The notes beneath the pieces are model-generated. The model worked only from the letters and a program-made list of their open reading frames with translations, was not told the origin of the DNA and did no database searches. A program made the position numbers and the translations under genes. A stretch of DNA of 64,000 nt, from positions 160,001-224,000 of the forward strand of contig JBMOMC010000007.1 in the NCBI GenBank assembly GCA_049325335.1. Reading direction: 5' to 3'. Positions 9,836-18,838 of this stretch are shown piece after piece; the first letter of the stretch is position 1, and the number at the start of each line of letters is the position of its first letter. The stretch comes from Nitrospirota bacterium (GTDB taxonomy: Bacteria > Nitrospirota > Nitrospiria > 2-01-FULL-66-17).

Positions 9836-10569
9836 TCGGCCGCGGACAGTTTGGCGAGATACCCGCGAATACGACGCGCGTTCGCGCCGACGTCGCTTCG
9901 GCCCACGCGCGAGAGCGACCGCACGTCGATGCGACTGCCGGACTCCGTCGCGGACACGCGCACCACCACGTCGTCTTTGAACCCGAACCAGAACGTGGTG
10001 GCCGTGGCCTCGATCCGACCGTGCGCGGGGTTGGCGTCGATGATCTCCCACTCCATGTCGCGCACCGCCTCCAACGCCCGGTCGAACGCCTGGGTTACGG
10101 GCATCGCCAGCGTGAGCGGCCCGATGTCCGGATACGCGCGTCGTTGCTGATCCGCCACCGGCGTTCCCGCGTACTCCACGGCGTTTGGCGCGCCGCGACG
10201 CAACGGAACCACCGCGGAAAACGACGGGGGATTCTCAAGGTCGGTCGTGATGTCGTGGATCGCGGGCAGACTACGCGCCTGGACCAACTGCCACGCGGGA
10301 AGACCGGCCGCCGCGAGCCCGATGAGCACGCCGAGGATCGCCGACGCGCGGCCTCGCTTCTTGCCCCCGCGCGTCGCGAACACCCCGATCAAGGACAGCA
10401 CGGCGCCGATCAGCGCGCCCGCCACCGCCCACCCGAGCACGCGGAATCCCGCGCCGAACGTCCACAAATCCGCCCGGGCCCCGAAGCCCGCCAGCGCGCA
10501 GGCGACGGCGGAGGCGAGCGCGACCAGGAACCCCCATTTGGCGAACCACGAGGACGGGCGACCGCTCAC
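9832..10569 (-). CDS. DUF1499-domain membrane protein
   Basis: 3 TM helices, then 'PAIHDITTD', 'TFWFGFKDDVVVRV', 'RIDVRSLSRVGRSDVGANARRI'. Confidence 0.85.
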   Translation of the reverse strand: MSGRPSSWFAKWGFLVALASAVACALAGFGARADLWTFGAGFRVLGWAVAGALIGAVLSLIGVFATRGGKKRGRASAILGVLIGLAAAGLPAWQLVQARSLPAIHDITTDLENPPSFSAVVPLRRGAPNAVEYAGTPVADQQRRAYPDIGPLTLAMPVTQAFDRALEAVRDMEWEIIDANPAHGRIEATATTFWFGFKDDVVVRVSATESGSRIDVRSLSRVGRSDVGANARRIRGYLAKLSAAD

Positions 10570-10570
10570 C

Positions 10571-11080
10571 TCACCCCCACTCCGGCAGTGCGCTCACGGC
10601 ATCCCATTCGCGCGCGGTCACGGGCTGCACGGACAACCGCATTCCGCGGCGGAGCACGACCATGGACGTGAGGGCCGGAATCGCCCTGAGGCGATCGAGC
10701 GAGATCAGCGTCTTGCACGCGCGGACGAACCGCACGTCCACCATGTACCAGGTCGGACGGTTCGGATCGCTCTTGGGATCGTAGTGCACGTCGTCCGGGT
10801 CGAACGCGGTGAAATCGGGATACCCGTCGCAGACCACGACGGCTTCGCCCGCAATGCCGGGAGGCTGCGTATTGCTGTGATAGTACAGGACGCCGTCACC
10901 GGTTTTGATCTCGTCGCGCAGGAAGTTGCGGGCCTGATAATTCCGAACCCCGTCCCAACACGTGGTCCGGTCCTTGGCCCGTCGCAGATCCTCGATCGAA
11001 AACACGTCCGGCTCGGATTTCATCAACCAGAACGCCCTGCCGTTTCTCCCCATCGCCCCATCTCCGGTTCTCCCGCTCAC
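10571..11080 (-). CDS. EVE-domain (PUA-like, Thy1-like) protein
   Basis: 'WLMKSEPDVFSI', 'WDGVRNYQARNF', 'RLSVQPV'. Alternative start at 11053. Confidence 0.92.
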   Translation of the reverse strand: MSGRTGDGAMGRNGRAFWLMKSEPDVFSIEDLRRAKDRTTCWDGVRNYQARNFLRDEIKTGDGVLYYHSNTQPPGIAGEAVVVCDGYPDFTAFDPDDVHYDPKSDPNRPTWYMVDVRFVRACKTLISLDRLRAIPALTSMVVLRRGMRLSVQPVTAREWDAVSALPEWG

Positions 11081-11083
11081 GCC

Positions 11084-11842
11084 CTAGGCTCTCTCCAAGC
11101 CCCAGCGGCGCCGGACCCGGTGTTCCAACGGGGAGAAGACCAAGCGTTCCATGGCCAGGCCGAGCAGTACGATGATTAGCATGACGGCCATCACCCGGGG
11201 CATGTCCGCGATTTCCCGGCCTTTGACCAATTCGGCGCCCAGCCCCAGGCTCACAAACAACATTTCTCCCGCAATGATGGCGTGCCACCCGAACGTCCAT
11301 CCGATCTTGATCCCGGTCATGATCGAGGGCAACGCGGCGGGCAACACCACGTTGACGTACAATGTGACGCCGCCGGCGCCCATGGTCCGCGCCGCGCGGC
11401 GGTAGATCGGAGGGACGTTCCTGATCCCGTCCGCGGTGGACATGGCCACCGAGTTGACCACGCCCATGACGATCACGAACAGGATCGCGCCGTCGTTGAG
11501 GCCGAACCACAAGAGGCCCATCGGCAACCACGCGATATTGGGCAAACTCTGAAGCCCGATCATCAGCGGACCGACGGTCTCGCGGACCACGCGCAGACTG
11601 CCGATGGCTAGCCCCAGTCCGATGCCGATGATCAACGCCGCGCTAAAACCGATCACAAACCGGCTCAGGCTCGTCCCCACCGCGTTCAGAAAGGTCCGGT
11701 CCGCGATGCCGAGCCGAAGCGCCTCAAACACCTCGCCCGGTCCGGGAAACAGGTAGTCGGGCCAGACGCCCAAGCGGACCACGCCGTCCCACAGCAGCAC
11801 CAGCAGGGCGAAGAACCCGACCCGAATCGCGTTATCACGCAT
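11084..11842 (-). CDS. ABC transporter permease, NitT/TauT/SsuC family
   Basis: 6 TM helices; EAA-like loop 'AARTMGA'; 'LPAALPSIMTG', 'IAGEM'. Confidence 0.92.
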   Translation of the reverse strand: MRDNAIRVGFFALLVLLWDGVVRLGVWPDYLFPGPGEVFEALRLGIADRTFLNAVGTSLSRFVIGFSAALIIGIGLGLAIGSLRVVRETVGPLMIGLQSLPNIAWLPMGLLWFGLNDGAILFVIVMGVVNSVAMSTADGIRNVPPIYRRAARTMGAGGVTLYVNVVLPAALPSIMTGIKIGWTFGWHAIIAGEMLFVSLGLGAELVKGREIADMPRVMAVMLIIVLLGLAMERLVFSPLEHRVRRRWGLERA

Positions 11843-12866
11843 CGCCCAACTCGGCTTTCACGGCCTTATCGACTTCCGCCCGCAAGGCCTTGATGATCAA
11901 CGCGGACGTATCGATCAGACCGGGATCTTCCAAGTGACGAGGGCGGTGGTGGTTGATGACAAACGTCTCCTTGATCCGACCGGGACGGTACGTCATCACC
12001 GCGATCCGGCTCGCCAGACACACGGCTTCGCGCACATTATGGGTGATGAACAGAATCGTTTTGTTCGTGGCGGTCCAGATCTCCTGCAATTCCACGTGGA
12101 GCAAATCGCGCGTCTGCGCGTCCAACGCGGCGAACGGCTCGTCCATCAGCAAGATGTCGGGATCCATGGCCAACCCCCGCGCGATAGCCACGCGCTGGCG
12201 CATCCCGCCGGAGAGTTCGTGGATCAATGAATCCGCGAACCGCGTCAGGTGCACCATCTTGATGTAGTCCATGGCCAAGTCGCGCCGCACCGCGGGCTCC
12301 ACGCCATTGATCTTGAGGCCGAATTCCACGTTCTGGCGCACGTTGAGCCACGGAAACAATGCGCCGTCCTGGAATACCACCACCCGATCCGCGCCCGCGC
12401 CGGTCACGGGATGGCCTTTGATGCTGACGCGCCCCGCGCTAGGGAACTCCAATCCCGCGATCAGGTTCAGCAACGTGGACTTGCCGCAGCCCGACGGCCC
12501 GACAATACACACGAATTCACCCTCAAGGATTTGCAGATCGATGTCTTCGAGCGCCGTAATTTCTCCGCCGCTGGACGAGTACTTCTTGACGACCCCCTCC
12601 AACGTGACGCTGACCGGCTTGGGCGCTTCATTACCCTTGGTGATGATCAGGCGCCATAACCCGGGCTCCTCGATCATGGTGAACGAATACCCCATATCCC
12701 GGCAGAATCGCGGCGTGGTTTCTCGAGCGGTCGGCAAGTGGTCGGTCTGCGCCTCCAAGACCTGGCCTTCCTGCAACCCGTCCAATGCCTTTTTGATCAT
12801 CAACAACGGATAGGGACACTGGTGTCGACGGACGTCCACCACCGCGTGCGGCGTCCCAGGACTCAT
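11835..12866 (-). CDS. ABC ATPase, NitT/TauT family, with N-terminal TusA/SirA-like sulfur-carrier domain
   Basis: ATG at 12866 overlaps the SBP stop. The first ~77 aa read 'VDVRRHQCPYP...GQVLEAQTD...PRFC..MGY...WRLIITK'. These are followed by 'GPSGCGKST', 'LSGGMRQR' and 'LLMDEPFAALD'. Confidence 0.9.
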   Translation of the reverse strand: MSPGTPHAVVDVRRHQCPYPLLMIKKALDGLQEGQVLEAQTDHLPTARETTPRFCRDMGYSFTMIEEPGLWRLIITKGNEAPKPVSVTLEGVVKKYSSSGGEITALEDIDLQILEGEFVCIVGPSGCGKSTLLNLIAGLEFPSAGRVSIKGHPVTGAGADRVVVFQDGALFPWLNVRQNVEFGLKINGVEPAVRRDLAMDYIKMVHLTRFADSLIHELSGGMRQRVAIARGLAMDPDILLMDEPFAALDAQTRDLLHVELQEIWTATNKTILFITHNVREAVCLASRIAVMTYRPGRIKETFVINHHRPRHLEDPGLIDTSALIIKALRAEVDKAVKAELGDA

Positions 12867-13894
12867 GGCGGGCTCCCCGTCGCGGCGACCGGAATCGCGT
12901 CGGCTAACCATCGCCCATCGACGATCCGGGAAAGGTCCGGTTCCCGCCGACCCAGAAAACCCTGGTCGAACGCCCAGCGGGCCATGTGGACGAGGGACGG
13001 CACGATGGGGTCGGTGGTAAACGCGACCCGGCCCCATGCCTCGTCCAGCACCGTCGCACCAAGCGGTTTCCCGACCAACTGCTTGAGCGCCTCGTTCGTC
13101 AGACGTTTCGCGTCCTCCGGCTGCGCAACGATGCGCGCGGTGAGTTCGACGTGGGCCTGGACCCACCGCGTCGCCAGTTCAGGATGCGCGGCGAGAAACC
13201 GGGGGTGCGCCACCAGCACCGTCGTGGCGAATCGCCCGTTGGTCAGGCGCTGCCACTCCTCGCGTTCATCGAACAATACGCGGCCGCCGCCCTCGTGCAC
13301 CAAACGCGACACCCACGGCTCCGCGGTCCACGCCGCGTCGAGTTCCCCGCGTCGGAACATGGTCAGTTGCTCCGCGTTGGCCATCGGGATCACCCGCACG
13401 TCGCCGCCCCGCTCCATCACGTCCAACCCGTGCTCTACGAGCCAGCCGCGCAATGCCACGTCCTGCGTGTTCCCCAGTTGCGGCGTGGCGACCCGTTTGC
13501 CGTGAAAATCCGCCGGACCGTTGATCCCCGCCCCGTCCCGCACCACGAGCGCGGCCCCGCCGTCGGCGGACCCGGAAATTATCCTCAGGGCCTCGCCCCG
13601 CGATTTCACGTACCCCACGATGGCCGGTCCGGTCCCCAGGTACGCCACATCCAGTTCACCCGCAAACAAGGCCTGCACCGCGGCCGGTCCCGCGCTGAAG
13701 AGTTTCCACGAGATGGCGGCGTCCGGACCCAACGCCCGCGCGAACGACCCGTCCGCGCGTCCGATCAACGCCTGGGCGTGGGTGATGTTGGGAAAATGGG
13801 CGACGCGAACCGTGACGGGCGCCGCAGCCGCAACCGGAATCGTTGCGAACCACCATCCGAGCGCGATCGCCGCGCAAAGGGTCCATTGACGCAT
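12863..13894 (-). CDS. ABC substrate-binding protein, SsuA/TauA-like
   Basis: Signal peptide; 'HFPNITHAQAL', 'ATPQLGNTQDVALR', 'AWTAEPW'. Confidence 0.9.
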   Translation of the reverse strand: MRQWTLCAAIALGWWFATIPVAAAAPVTVRVAHFPNITHAQALIGRADGSFARALGPDAAISWKLFSAGPAAVQALFAGELDVAYLGTGPAIVGYVKSRGEALRIISGSADGGAALVVRDGAGINGPADFHGKRVATPQLGNTQDVALRGWLVEHGLDVMERGGDVRVIPMANAEQLTMFRRGELDAAWTAEPWVSRLVHEGGGRVLFDEREEWQRLTNGRFATTVLVAHPRFLAAHPELATRWVQAHVELTARIVAQPEDAKRLTNEALKQLVGKPLGATVLDEAWGRVAFTTDPIVPSLVHMARWAFDQGFLGRREPDLSRIVDGRWLADAIPVAATGSPP

Positions 13895-13901
13895 TGAAGT
13901 C

Positions 13902-13931
13902 AGAATAAGGGATCGACGGACAGGCCGTCAA
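13902..13931 (-). promoter_or_regulatory. sigma70-type promoter for the ABC operon, apparently leaderless
   Basis: Minus strand reads TTGACG-18 nt-TATTCT-gacttca-ATG. Confidence 0.65.
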
Positions 13932-13959
13932 GAACGGCGAGCGCGGCCAGCGCTCGCCG
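13931..13959 (-). terminator. Possible terminator hairpin after msrA
   Basis: Perfect 10-bp stem CGGCGAGCGC/GCGCTCGCCG with a 5-nt loop; only a weak U-tract (TTCTT) on the minus strand. Confidence 0.4.
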
Positions 13960-13964
13960 CGGGA

Positions 13965-14621
13965 TCACCCCGCGGTTGAGCCGACCGGACACATCACGCC
14001 GGTCCCGCCCAGCCCGCAGTACCCGCCCGGGTTCTTGGCCAAATACTGCTGGTGGTAGGCTTCGGCGTAATAGAACGGCGGGGCATCAAGGATCTCGGTC
14101 GTGACGGGGCCGAATCCTCCGGCGCGCAGGGCCTCTTGGTATGCGTCGCGCGAAGCCAGCGCCGCGGCCAGTTGCGTGGCCCCGTACGCGTAGATCCCGG
14201 AACGATATTGGGTGCCGATGTCGTTGCCCTGGCGCATGCCTTGGGTCGGGTCGTGCGCCTCCCAAAACACCGTCAGCAACCGCTCGTAGGTCACCGCCGC
14301 GGGATCAAAGACGACGAGCACGACTTCGTTGTGGCCGGTCAGTCCGGTGCAGACCTCCTCGTAGGTGGGATTACGCGTCGTGCCGCCCGCGTACCCGACC
14401 GCGGTGGTGTAGACGCCTTTGGTTTGCCAGAACCGCTTCTCCGCGCCCCAAAAGCAGCCCATGCCAAACATCGCGCGCTCACACCCGTCAGGAAACGGGG
14501 GTTGCAGCGAGCGCCCCAGCACCGCGTGCCGCGCCGGAACCGGCATCGCCTCGGCTCGACCAGGCAACGCCTCATCAGACCTCGGCATACGAATCTTGTG
14601 TTCCAGTCCCCAGAACGCCAT
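13965..14621 (-). CDS. msrA: Peptide-methionine (S)-S-oxide reductase
   Basis: 'GMGCFWGAE', '[18 protein letters not shown]', '[15 protein letters not shown]'. Confidence 0.97.
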   Translation of the reverse strand: MAFWGLEHKIRMPRSDEALPGRAEAMPVPARHAVLGRSLQPPFPDGCERAMFGMGCFWGAEKRFWQTKGVYTTAVGYAGGTTRNPTYEEVCTGLTGHNEVVLVVFDPAAVTYERLLTVFWEAHDPTQGMRQGNDIGTQYRSGIYAYGATQLAAALASRDAYQEALRAGGFGPVTTEILDAPPFYYAEAYHQQYLAKNPGGYCGLGGTGVMCPVGSTAG

Positions 14622-14630
14622 GGTCAGGCC

Positions 14631-15005
14631 TCAACGCCGCTTGCGCGACTTGTCCCGCATCACTTCGACGGCAAACGCTCCGACGGTGGGCGCAATCGGC
14701 GGCCCGGGTTTGGTGATGCGGACCCGGACCTCGCGAACCCGAGGTCTCGCCAACACGGTTTCCGCCGCCTCGATCGCCAAGGATTCCAACAAAGCGTATC
14801 GCGCCTTGTCCCCGATCTCGACGATCTGCCGGCACACGTCCGCGTAGTCCACGGTGGTCTCGAGGCCGCCCCGCAGTGCGCCCCGGTCCAGGTCGATCGC
14901 CATCTCCACGTCCGCGAGCACCCGCTGGCCGACCGCGCGTTCCTCCTCGGTGATCCCGCAATGGGTGAAGACGGCCAGGCCGGAAATGAGGAGGCGGTCG
15001 CTCAT
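14631..15005 (-). CDS. folB: Dihydroneopterin aldolase
   Basis: '[13 protein letters not shown]', 'TVDYA', 'LLESLA', 'VRITKP.PP'. Confidence 0.9.
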   Translation of the reverse strand: MSDRLLISGLAVFTHCGITEEERAVGQRVLADVEMAIDLDRGALRGGLETTVDYADVCRQIVEIGDKARYALLESLAIEAAETVLARPRVREVRVRITKPGPPIAPTVGAFAVEVMRDKSRKRR

Positions 15006-15652
15006 GACGCGCCGCGGCGAATCAGATCCAGGAATTCTCCACGCGCCTTGTAGTCCGCTTTGAAAGCGCCCAACATGGCGCTGGTCACCGCCAGGGTATT
15101 TTGTTTTTCAACGCCGCGCATCATCATGCAGAGGTGTTGTCCCTCCATCACCACGGCCACGCCCAGCGGTTCGATACGGGACTGGATGGTCTCCGCGATC
15201 TGCTGGGTGAGCCGTTCCTGGACCTGGAGGCGTCGGCTGAAAATGTCCACCAGACGCGGCAGTTTTGAGAGCCCGATGATCTGTTTGTTCGGTAGGTAGG
15301 CCACGTGGCATTTCCCGAAAAACGGCAACAAGTGGTGCTCGCACAACGAATAAAAATCGATGTCGCGGACGATCACCATTTCGTTGTATTCGATCGGGAA
15401 CAAGGCGCCGTTGAGCGCGTCGTCCACGTCCTGTTGATAGCCGGACGTAAAGTGACGGAACGCTTGTTCGACCCGCTTCGGCGTGTTCAGCAATCCGTCG
15501 CGCCGAGGGTCTTCGCCGAGCAACGCCAACAACTGTCCGATCAGGTCCTCGATCCGCTGCGCCGTCTGCACGCCGTCGCCGTCCACGGAGTCGGACGAAT
15601 CCCGATTCGCTGACCGCCCGCTCGCCGCGTGAAGACGATCTTGCTTGCTCAC
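15002..15652 (-). CDS. folE: GTP cyclohydrolase I
   Basis: 'TPKRV', '[12 protein letters not shown]', 'GLSKLPR', 'RLQVQERLT', 'HLCMMMRGV'. GTG 15652 overlaps the queC stop. Confidence 0.96.
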   Translation of the reverse strand: MSKQDRLHAASGRSANRDSSDSVDGDGVQTAQRIEDLIGQLLALLGEDPRRDGLLNTPKRVEQAFRHFTSGYQQDVDDALNGALFPIEYNEMVIVRDIDFYSLCEHHLLPFFGKCHVAYLPNKQIIGLSKLPRLVDIFSRRLQVQERLTQQIAETIQSRIEPLGVAVVMEGQHLCMMMRGVEKQNTLAVTSAMLGAFKADYKARGEFLDLIRRGAS

Positions 15653-16350
15653 GATCCCACTCCCGCCTTGGATGGGGCATACCGCGTCGGATCGTGAATG
15701 CCGGCCGCCGCGAATCCCCCGCGGCGAATTCGGCAACTGTCACAGCGCCCGCACGCCAGATACCCGATCGGATCATAACAGCTATGCGTGAGTTCAAAGG
15801 GCACGCCAAGGGCCGCGCCTCGACTGATGATCTCGGCTTTAGCCAGACCGCTCAGCGGCGCCACCACCTCCACGCCCCGCCCGGACTCCACGCCGGCCCG
15901 GGTGGCCAACCGCGTCAGGTCCTGGAACGCGGCGAGATATTCGGGCCGACAATCCGGGTAGCCGGAGTAATCCACGGCATTCACGCCGATACCGATCGCG
16001 CCGGCGCCCAACGTTTCGGCCCAGGCCAGCGCCAGGGAAAGCAAGATGGTGTTCCGGGCCGGAACATATGTCGCCGGGATTCCCGCCGAGCCGATGGCGC
16101 GGTCTTTGGGCACGGGCGTCACATCCGTTAACGCCGACCCCCCGAACGCCCGCAGATCAACGCGCACGACGCGATGGGGCGCATGGTAGTACTCGGCCAC
16201 CGCGCGCGCGCGCTCCAATTCCACCGCATGTCGTTGGCCGTAATCCACTGTCAGGGCGTATACCTCGCGCCCGTCGGCGCGCACTATCGCCGCGGCAACC
16301 GCGGAATCAAGCCCTCCGCTCACCAGAAATACGACGGCTGTCGACCGCAT
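15649..16350 (-). CDS. queC: 7-cyano-7-deazaguanine synthase
   Basis: 'SGGLDS', 'YGQRH', 'TYVPARN', '[10 protein letters not shown]', 'SCYD...CGRCDSC'. Confidence 0.96.
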   Translation of the reverse strand: MRSTAVVFLVSGGLDSAVAAAIVRADGREVYALTVDYGQRHAVELERARAVAEYYHAPHRVVRVDLRAFGGSALTDVTPVPKDRAIGSAGIPATYVPARNTILLSLALAWAETLGAGAIGIGVNAVDYSGYPDCRPEYLAAFQDLTRLATRAGVESGRGVEVVAPLSGLAKAEIISRGAALGVPFELTHSCYDPIGYLACGRCDSCRIRRGGFAAAGIHDPTRYAPSKAGVGS

Positions 16351-16375
16351 CGTTCGCTCGCGAAAAAGGGAATTC

Positions 16376-16405
16376 AGTATAGCACCGCCGCGTCACGAGC
16401 GGCAA
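16376..16405 (-). promoter_or_regulatory. sigma70-type promoter for queC-folE-folB-msrA
   Basis: Minus strand reads TTGCCG-18 nt-TATACT, with an extended -10 TG. Confidence 0.6.
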
Positions 16406-16456
16406 GGAAGGACCGTCCCGATAGGCGAACGGACCGGTTGACGCGGACCGCGAGGA

Positions 16457-18838
16457 TCAGGCCGCGAGTTTGATCTGGTCGAAGTCGGCCAACACGTCGC
16501 CGACCTGCTGGTACCGCTTGGTTTTGTCCTTCTCAAGGCAACGCATGATCATCGCGTTGAGGGATGAGGGCAACTTCGGGTTGAGTTCCTTCGGATGTTG
16601 CGGAACGGTGTGCAGGTGCTGGTAATACAGATCCCCCTTGGTAAAGGGCAGCCGTCCGGTGGCCATCCGATACAGCGTGCACCCCAGGGAGTACAGATCG
16701 GACTGGTGATCAACTTCCTTGCCCAGGATCTGTTCCGGCGCCATATACAGCGGCGTGCCTTTGACCGAGGTGCGGTCGGCGATCGCGTCATTCACGATCT
16801 TGGCCAACCCGAAGTCCATGATCTTGACCATGCGGTCCCGGCTCAACATGATATTGGACGGCTTGATGTCGCGGTGAATGATGCGGCGAGCGTGCGCGTA
16901 CCCCAATCCCGCGCAGATCTGCTTGGCGATGGAGAGAAACTGCGGCTGCGGCAGCGCGCCCATCTTATCGAGCAGTTCCTTTAAGCTCAACCCATCCACG
17001 AACTCCATCGAGATGAACACCTCGCCCGCGGGGTCATGGCCGGTGTCGTAGATGGTCACGATGTTGGGATGATTGATCGACGCCGCGATGCGCGCCTCTT
17101 GCAGGAAGTTTTCCAGCACCGCGCGCTGCTCCTTCACGCTCGTCGGCAATACCTTGTACGCCACGATGCGGTGCAACACGGTGTCTTCGGCGCGGTACAC
17201 CACGCCCATGCCCCCTTGCCCGATCTGCTTGAGGATCTTGTACCGCGCCTCGGTGCGGGGGGTCGAGGACGACGAGGTCTTCTGCGGCGCCGGGGGCGAG
17301 GACGGCGCGGCTTTTGCGGCCTTGACCTGCGCCGCTCGGTCACGCGCGTCGCGAAACGCGAAGTCCTGCGCCAGCACCTTTTCATACAGGCGGAGCGCGC
17401 TGTCGAAGTCTCGTTCGGCTTCATACGCTCTCGCCAATTGGTACATCGGCTCCACTTCACGCTCGGGATCGTCCTTGTGGAGCGCGAGCAATTTCTGACA
17501 ACGATCTTTGACCGCGCTCAACATGCCGCGGTCCAGAAAAATCCGCCCTAAAATCAGCGACCCCTCAAAGTAGTCTTGCGACTGAGGGTCCAACCGTTGC
17601 AGCGTCTCGATGGCCTCATCCAACCGACCCATCTGGTGAAAGATCTTTCCGGCCTCGAACAGCTCCTCCGCCTGCGCGAACAACGACGCGGCGCGATCGA
17701 GGTTTTCCAGCTTGAGGTACACGTGAGCGGCTTCCCGAAACCGTCGGCCCTGCTCCAGCGCCTTGCCCGCGTCATCGGGACACCCGGCCGCCAGATAGAG
17801 ATCGGCCGCGCGCTTGTGGTCCCCGATCGCGGCGTACATCTCGGCGGCGCGTTGGGGAGCGCCCGCGCGTTCGTAGAGCTCCGCGGCGCGCATCGGCTGG
17901 TTCACGGCCACGTACAAGTCGGCCGCGTCCACCAAGTCTCCGGATTGGACCTTGGCCTCGGCCAGCGCGGTGTCGCGACGGATCGGGTCGCCGAGCCGAT
18001 CGAACATGTCGGCGGCCTTGTCAAACTGGCCCTGGCTCAGATACAAATCCGCGGCCTTATGTTCGGCGCCGGACTGCGCCAAGGCGTCCGCGGCGTCCGC
18101 CACCAATCCCTGCTGTCGGAAAATCGCGGCGGCCCGCTCGGGGTCGCCCGCTTTTAACCATAACCGGCCGGCCTGTTGAGCCGTCGCGGACAAGGCTTCC
18201 TGCCCCGCCGGCTGCGCGCCGCGCTCCTGACACTTGCGCGCTTCGTGTTGGTAATCCTGTTCGAACAGCTCCGCGGCCCGCGCCCACTGTTCAGCCTTTT
18301 CGAATAACGCGGCCGCGCGTTTTAAATATCCCGCCGACTGATACAGCGACGCGGCCACCACGTCTTGGCCGATCTTTTCGAACAACTCCGCGGCCGTCAC
18401 CGTTTTTCCGGCTCGGCGCAACAACTCAGCGGCGCGTTGCTCGTCCCCGACCCGCAACAGCATGGTCGCGGCGCGCTCCGGCTCTTGCGCCGCCTCATAC
18501 GCCTGCGCCGCGGCGTCCCAATGTTTGAGGTGCTCGAACAATTGTCCCAGTTCACGGTGGGCGTTCGCGCGGGTATATAACGCAATCGCTTGATCGTGGT
18601 CTCCCGCCGCCTGAAACGCGCGCCCCGCTTCCAAATACGCGCCCCGAGCCAACAAGGCCTTGGCCTCGCGCTGAAGCGCCGACCAACTCGGACGAGACGA
18701 GGCCCCGGAGCGGCCCCGCGCACGAAGGAGTACGAGGACCAACACCACCGCCAACAACGCGGCGGCCACAGCCATCGGCACCCCGGAACCCACGGCTCCG
18801 AGAAACAGCACTAACCCGTTAAGCAGTTCGGCGATCAC
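16457..18838 (-). CDS. Membrane-anchored TPR-repeat Hanks-type Ser/Thr kinase
   Basis: N-terminal TM; many 'AAELFE.AG' helical repeats; C-terminal kinase with GQGGMG, VAYK, HRDIKPSN, DFG and APE. Confidence 0.93.
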   Translation of the reverse strand: MIAELLNGLVLFLGAVGSGVPMAVAAALLAVVLVLVLLRARGRSGASSRPSWSALQREAKALLARGAYLEAGRAFQAAGDHDQAIALYTRANAHRELGQLFEHLKHWDAAAQAYEAAQEPERAATMLLRVGDEQRAAELLRRAGKTVTAAELFEKIGQDVVAASLYQSAGYLKRAAALFEKAEQWARAAELFEQDYQHEARKCQERGAQPAGQEALSATAQQAGRLWLKAGDPERAAAIFRQQGLVADAADALAQSGAEHKAADLYLSQGQFDKAADMFDRLGDPIRRDTALAEAKVQSGDLVDAADLYVAVNQPMRAAELYERAGAPQRAAEMYAAIGDHKRAADLYLAAGCPDDAGKALEQGRRFREAAHVYLKLENLDRAASLFAQAEELFEAGKIFHQMGRLDEAIETLQRLDPQSQDYFEGSLILGRIFLDRGMLSAVKDRCQKLLALHKDDPEREVEPMYQLARAYEAERDFDSALRLYEKVLAQDFAFRDARDRAAQVKAAKAAPSSPPAPQKTSSSSTPRTEARYKILKQIGQGGMGVVYRAEDTVLHRIVAYKVLPTSVKEQRAVLENFLQEARIAASINHPNIVTIYDTGHDPAGEVFISMEFVDGLSLKELLDKMGALPQPQFLSIAKQICAGLGYAHARRIIHRDIKPSNIMLSRDRMVKIMDFGLAKIVNDAIADRTSVKGTPLYMAPEQILGKEVDHQSDLYSLGCTLYRMATGRLPFTKGDLYYQHLHTVPQHPKELNPKLPSSLNAMIMRCLEKDKTKRYQQVGDVLADFDQIKLAA

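Noticed and set aside
12867..13166. N-terminal extension of the ABC ATPase in the ORF track (start 13166)
   Set aside because: It overlaps the SBP gene in another frame. ATG 12866, coupled to the SBP stop, is the better start.
10571..16350. Deazaguanine DNA-modification/defence system (queC + folE + EVE reader)
   Set aside because: There is no dpdA/tgt-like gene, nuclease or helicase, and EVE lies in a different predicted transcription unit from queC.
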